Made by a program: the position numbers and the translations under genes. From assembly GCA_964016885.1 (NCBI GenBank), contig OZ024749.1:24056001-24120000 (forward strand): a stretch of DNA of 64,000 nt, in the 5' to 3' direction. Shown piece after piece: positions 60,201-64,000 of the stretch (its first letter is position 1; every line of letters begins with the position of its first letter). The notes under the pieces were generated by a model. It was not told the origin of the DNA and searched no databases. It was given only the letters and a program-made list of their open reading frames with translations. The DNA comes from Eledone cirrhosa (Eukaryota).

Positions 60201-63200
60201 CGTTTTTTTATTTGTATGCCCCGTATTTTATTTCGGTCCGCGTTTTTTTTAACTTGGGTTCCCGGTTTTTTATATTTCCGTCCTCCTTTTTTTATTTGGG
60301 CGCCACATTATTTATTTGGAGGCCCCGTTTTTTATTTGGGTGCCCCGTTTTTTTATTTGCGAGCCCCGTTTTTGATTAGGGTGCCCCGTATTTTATTTGC
60401 GTGCCCTTTTTCAATTTGGGTACTCCGTTTTTTTATTTGAATGCCGGTTTTTTTATTTGGGTGCCCTGTTTTTTTTATTGGAATGCCCGTTCTTTGTTTG
60501 GGTGTCCCGTTTTTTTATTTGGGTGCCCCGTTTTTTTTATTTGGGTACCGGTTTTTTTATTTGGGTGCCCCATTTTTAATTTGGGTGCCCGTTTTCAATT
60601 TGGGTGCTCGGTTTTTTTATTTGAATGCCGGTTTTTTTATTTGGGTGCCCCGTTTTTTTTTATTTGAATGCCCGTTCTTTGTTTGGGTCCCCCGTTTTTT
60701 TATTTGGGCGCCCCATTTTTTTATTTCGGTGCCCCATTTTTTATTTGGGTGACCCGTTTTTTTATTTGGGTGCCTCGTGTTTTATTTGGGTGCCCCATTT
60801 TTTGATTTGGGTGCCGCGTTTTTTTATTTGGGTGACCGTTTTTTTATGGGGGCGTCCGTTTTTATATGTGTGCTCGGTTTTTTTATATGGGTGCCCAGTT
60901 TTTTTATGGGGAGGTCCGTTTTTATTTGGGTGCCAGATTTTTAATTTGGGTGCCCCGTTTTTTGTTTGGGTGGTCCGTTCTTTCATGGGTGGGGTCCGTT
61001 TTTTATTTGGGTGTCCTGTTTTTTTAATTTGGGTGCCCCGTTTTCTATTTGGGCGCCCCGTTTTTTATTTGGGTGCCTTCTTTTATTATTTGGGTGCCCC
61101 GTATTTGCGTGCCCCTTTTTTAGGGTGGGTTCCGTTTTTTATTTTGGTGCCTATTTTTTATTTGTGTGCCCCGTTGTTTATTTGCGTGCCCCTTTTTTAT
61201 TTGTGTGTCCCGTTTTTTATTTGGCTGCCCCATTTTTAATAATTGGGTGCCCCGGTTTTTTATTTGGGTGCCGCCTTTTTTTATTTGGGTGCGCCGTTTT
61301 TTTATTTGGGTGCCCAGTTTATTATGGGGGTTCGTTTTTATTTGGGTGCCCGTTTTTTAATTTGGGTGCCCCTTTTTTTATTTGGGTGTCCTGTTTTTTA
61401 ATTTGGATGCCCCGTTTTCTATTTGGGTGCCCCGTTTTTTTATTTGGGTGCCGCCTTTTATTATTTGGGTGCCCCGTATTTTTATTTGGGTGCCCCGTTT
61501 TTTATTTGCGTGCCCCGTTTTTTTATTAGGGTGCCCATTTTTTTGTTTGGGTACCCCATTTTTGATTAGGGTGCCCCATTTTTTATTTGGGTGCCCCGTT
61601 CTTTGTTTGGGTATCCCCGCTTTTTTAGGGGGGTTCGTTTTTTATTTGGGTGCTATGTTTTTTATTTGAATGCCGGATTTTTTATTTGGGTGACCCGTTA
61701 TTTTATTTGGGTGCCCCGTTTTTTATTTGGGTATCGCGTTTTTTTATTTGGTGCCCGGTTTTTGATTAGAGTGTCCCATTTTTTATTTGGGTGCCCCGTT
61801 TTTTAATTTGGATGCCCCGTTTTCTATTTGGGTGCCCCGTTTTTTTATTTGGGTGCCGCCTTTCATTATTTGGGTGCCACGTATTTTTATTTGGGTGCCC
61901 CGTTTTTTAGGGGGGTTCCGTTTTCTATCTGGGTGCCGTTCTTTTTATTTGAGTACCCCGTTTTTTTATTTGGATGCCCCGTTTTTTATTTCGGCGCCGC
62001 GTTTTTTTTATTTGGGTGCCCCGTTTTTTTATTTCCGGGCCCCTTTTTTTATTTGGGCGCCACATTATTTATTTGGAGGCAACGTTTTTTATTTGGGTGC
62101 CCCGTTTTTTTATTTGCGTGCCCCATTTTTGATTATGGTGCCCCGTATTTTATTTGGGTGCCCGTTTTTTATGAGGGCGTCCGTTTATTATTTGGGTGCC
62201 CGTTTTTTATTTTCGTGCCCCGTGTTTTATTTGGGTGTACGTTTATGGGGGTCAGTTTATATTTGGGTGCCACGACCTTTATTTGAGTGCCCCGGTGTTT
62301 TACTTGGGTGCTCCGTTTTTTATTTGGGTGTCCCGTTTTTCTCGGGGGGGGGGGGCTACGTTTTTTATTTGTGTGCCTCTTTTTTTATTTTGTTGTACCG
62401 TTTTTTTTATTTTGGTGCTCCGTTTCTTTTTTTGGTGCCCCGTTTTATTTATTTTGGTGACCGGTTTTTTAATGGGGGGTCCCTTATTTGGGTGCCCTGT
62501 TTTTTATTAGGGTGCCTCGTTTTTTTATCTGGGTGCCCCGTTTTTTTATTTGCGTGCCCCGTTTTTGATTAGGGTGCCCCGTATTTTATTTGGGTGCCCC
62601 GTTTTTTTGTTAGGCTGCCGCGTGGTTTTATTTTGGTGCCCCGTTATTTTATTTGAATGCGGTTTTTTTTTTATTTGGGTGCCCCGTTTTTTTATTTGCC
62701 TGCCCCGTTTTTGATTAGGGTGCCCCGTATTTTATTTGGGTGCCCGTTTTCAATTTGGGTGCTCCGTTTTTTTATTTGAATGCCGGTTTTTTTATTTGGG
62801 TGCCCGTTTTTTTTATTGGAATGCCCGTTCTTTGTTTGGGTGTCCCGTTTTTTTATTTGGGTGCCCCGTTTTTTTATTTGGGTACCGGTTTTTTTATTTG
62901 GGTGCCCGGTTTTTTTTATTTGTTTGCCCCATTTTTTATTTGGGTGACCCGTTTTTTTATTTGGGTGCCTCGTGTTTTATTTGCCTGCCCCGTTTTTTAT
63001 TTGGGTGCCCCGTTTTTTAATTTGGGTACCCGTTTTCAATTTGAGTGCTCCGTTTTTTTATTTGAATGCCGGTTTTTTTTATTTGGGTGCCCTGTTTTTT
63101 TTATTTGAATGCCCGTTCTTTGTTTGGGTCCCCCGTTTTTTTATTTGGGCGCCCCATTTTTTTATTTCGGTGCCCCATTTTTTATTTGGGTGACCCGTTT

Positions 63201-64000
63201 TTTTATTTGGGTGCCTCGTGTTTTATTTGGGTGCCCCATTTTTTGATTTGGGTGCCGCGTTTTTTTATTTGGGTGACCGTTTTTTTATGGGGGCGTCCGT
63301 TTTTATATGTGCTCGGTTTTTTTATATGGTTGCCCAGTTTTTTTATGGGGAGGTCCGTTTTTATTTGGGTGCCAGATTTTTAATTTGGGTGCCCCGTTTT
63401 TTGTTTGGGTGGCCCGTTTTTTCATGGGTGGGGGTTCGTTTTTTATTTGGGTGTCCTGTTATTTAATTTAGGTGCCCCGTTTTCTATTTGGGCGCCCCGT
63501 TTTTTATTTGGGTGCCTCCTTTTATTATTTGGGTGCCCCGTATTTGCGTGCCCCTTTTTTTAGGGTGGGTTCCGTTTTTTATTTTGGTGCCTGTTTTTTA
63601 TTTGTGTGCCCCGTTGTTTATTTTCGTGCCCCTTTTTTATTTGGGTGTCCCGTTTTTTATTTGGCTGTCCCATTTTTAATATTTGGGTGCCCCGGTTTTT
63701 TATTTGGGTGCCGCCTTATTTTATTTGGGTGCGCCCTTTTTTTATTTGGGTGCGCAGTTTATTATGGGGGTCCGTTTTTATTTGGGTGCCCGTTTTTTAA
63801 TTTGGGTGCCCCGTTTTTTATTTGGGTGCCCCGTTTTTTAATTTGGATGCCCCGGTTTCTATTTGGGTGCCCCGTTTTTTATTTGGGTGCCGCCTTTTAT
63901 TATTTGGGTGCCCCGTATTTTTATTTGGGCGCCACATTATTTATTTGGAGGCTCCGTTTTTTATTTGGGTGCCCCGTTTTTTTATTTGCGTGCCCCATTT
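48224..64000. repeat. ~20-bp satellite array (consensus TTTTTTATTTGGGTGCCCCG), >15.7 kb, running off the window edge, with higher-order repeats
   Basis: Hundreds of tandem monomers in one orientation with no inserted elements. Identical ORF-track peptides recur at offsets of 2419-2421 bp. Confidence 0.97.

Noticed and set aside
48165-63800. Phe/Gly/Pro/Cys-rich ORFs resembling a repetitive membrane or structural protein
   Set aside because: The A-poor satellite strand rarely makes stops; all three frames give the same motifs, and T-tract indels are not multiples of 3.
48224-64000. CRISPR-like regular repeat array
   Set aside because: No unique spacers, no cas genes, eukaryotic context.

Overview
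Gene-free, repeat-saturated eukaryotic DNA. The (TA)n/(CA)n load and the tRNA-headed Meta- and CORE-type SINEs suggest a mollusc, probably an octopus; this is inference, not a database match. Bases 1-48,200 are (TA)n microsatellite arrays with many nested mobile elements. These include four Penelope-like (PLE) RT or RT+GIY-YIG copies from two clades and at least five unrelated short families (labelled A-E, G; F is doubtful) carrying hammerhead-ribozyme (HHR) motifs, often as fold-back inverted duplications. There are also CR1-, CRE- and RTE-type LINE remnants, an internally deleted Helitron and about ten SINEs. Bases ~48,224-64,000 are one strand-asymmetric ~20-bp satellite (TTTTTTATTTGGGTGCCCCG) with ~2.4-2.5 kb higher-order repeats. 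No host gene, rRNA, true tRNA or CRISPR array is recognisable, and nearly all listed ORFs are repeat artefacts. The most interesting signal is the TA-nested, HHR-bearing, fold-back retroelement system. It includes a non-coding 3.7-kb retrozyme-like inverted structure, with junctions that map onto ribozyme features. All alignments and RNA folds were done by eye, so boundaries are approximate.
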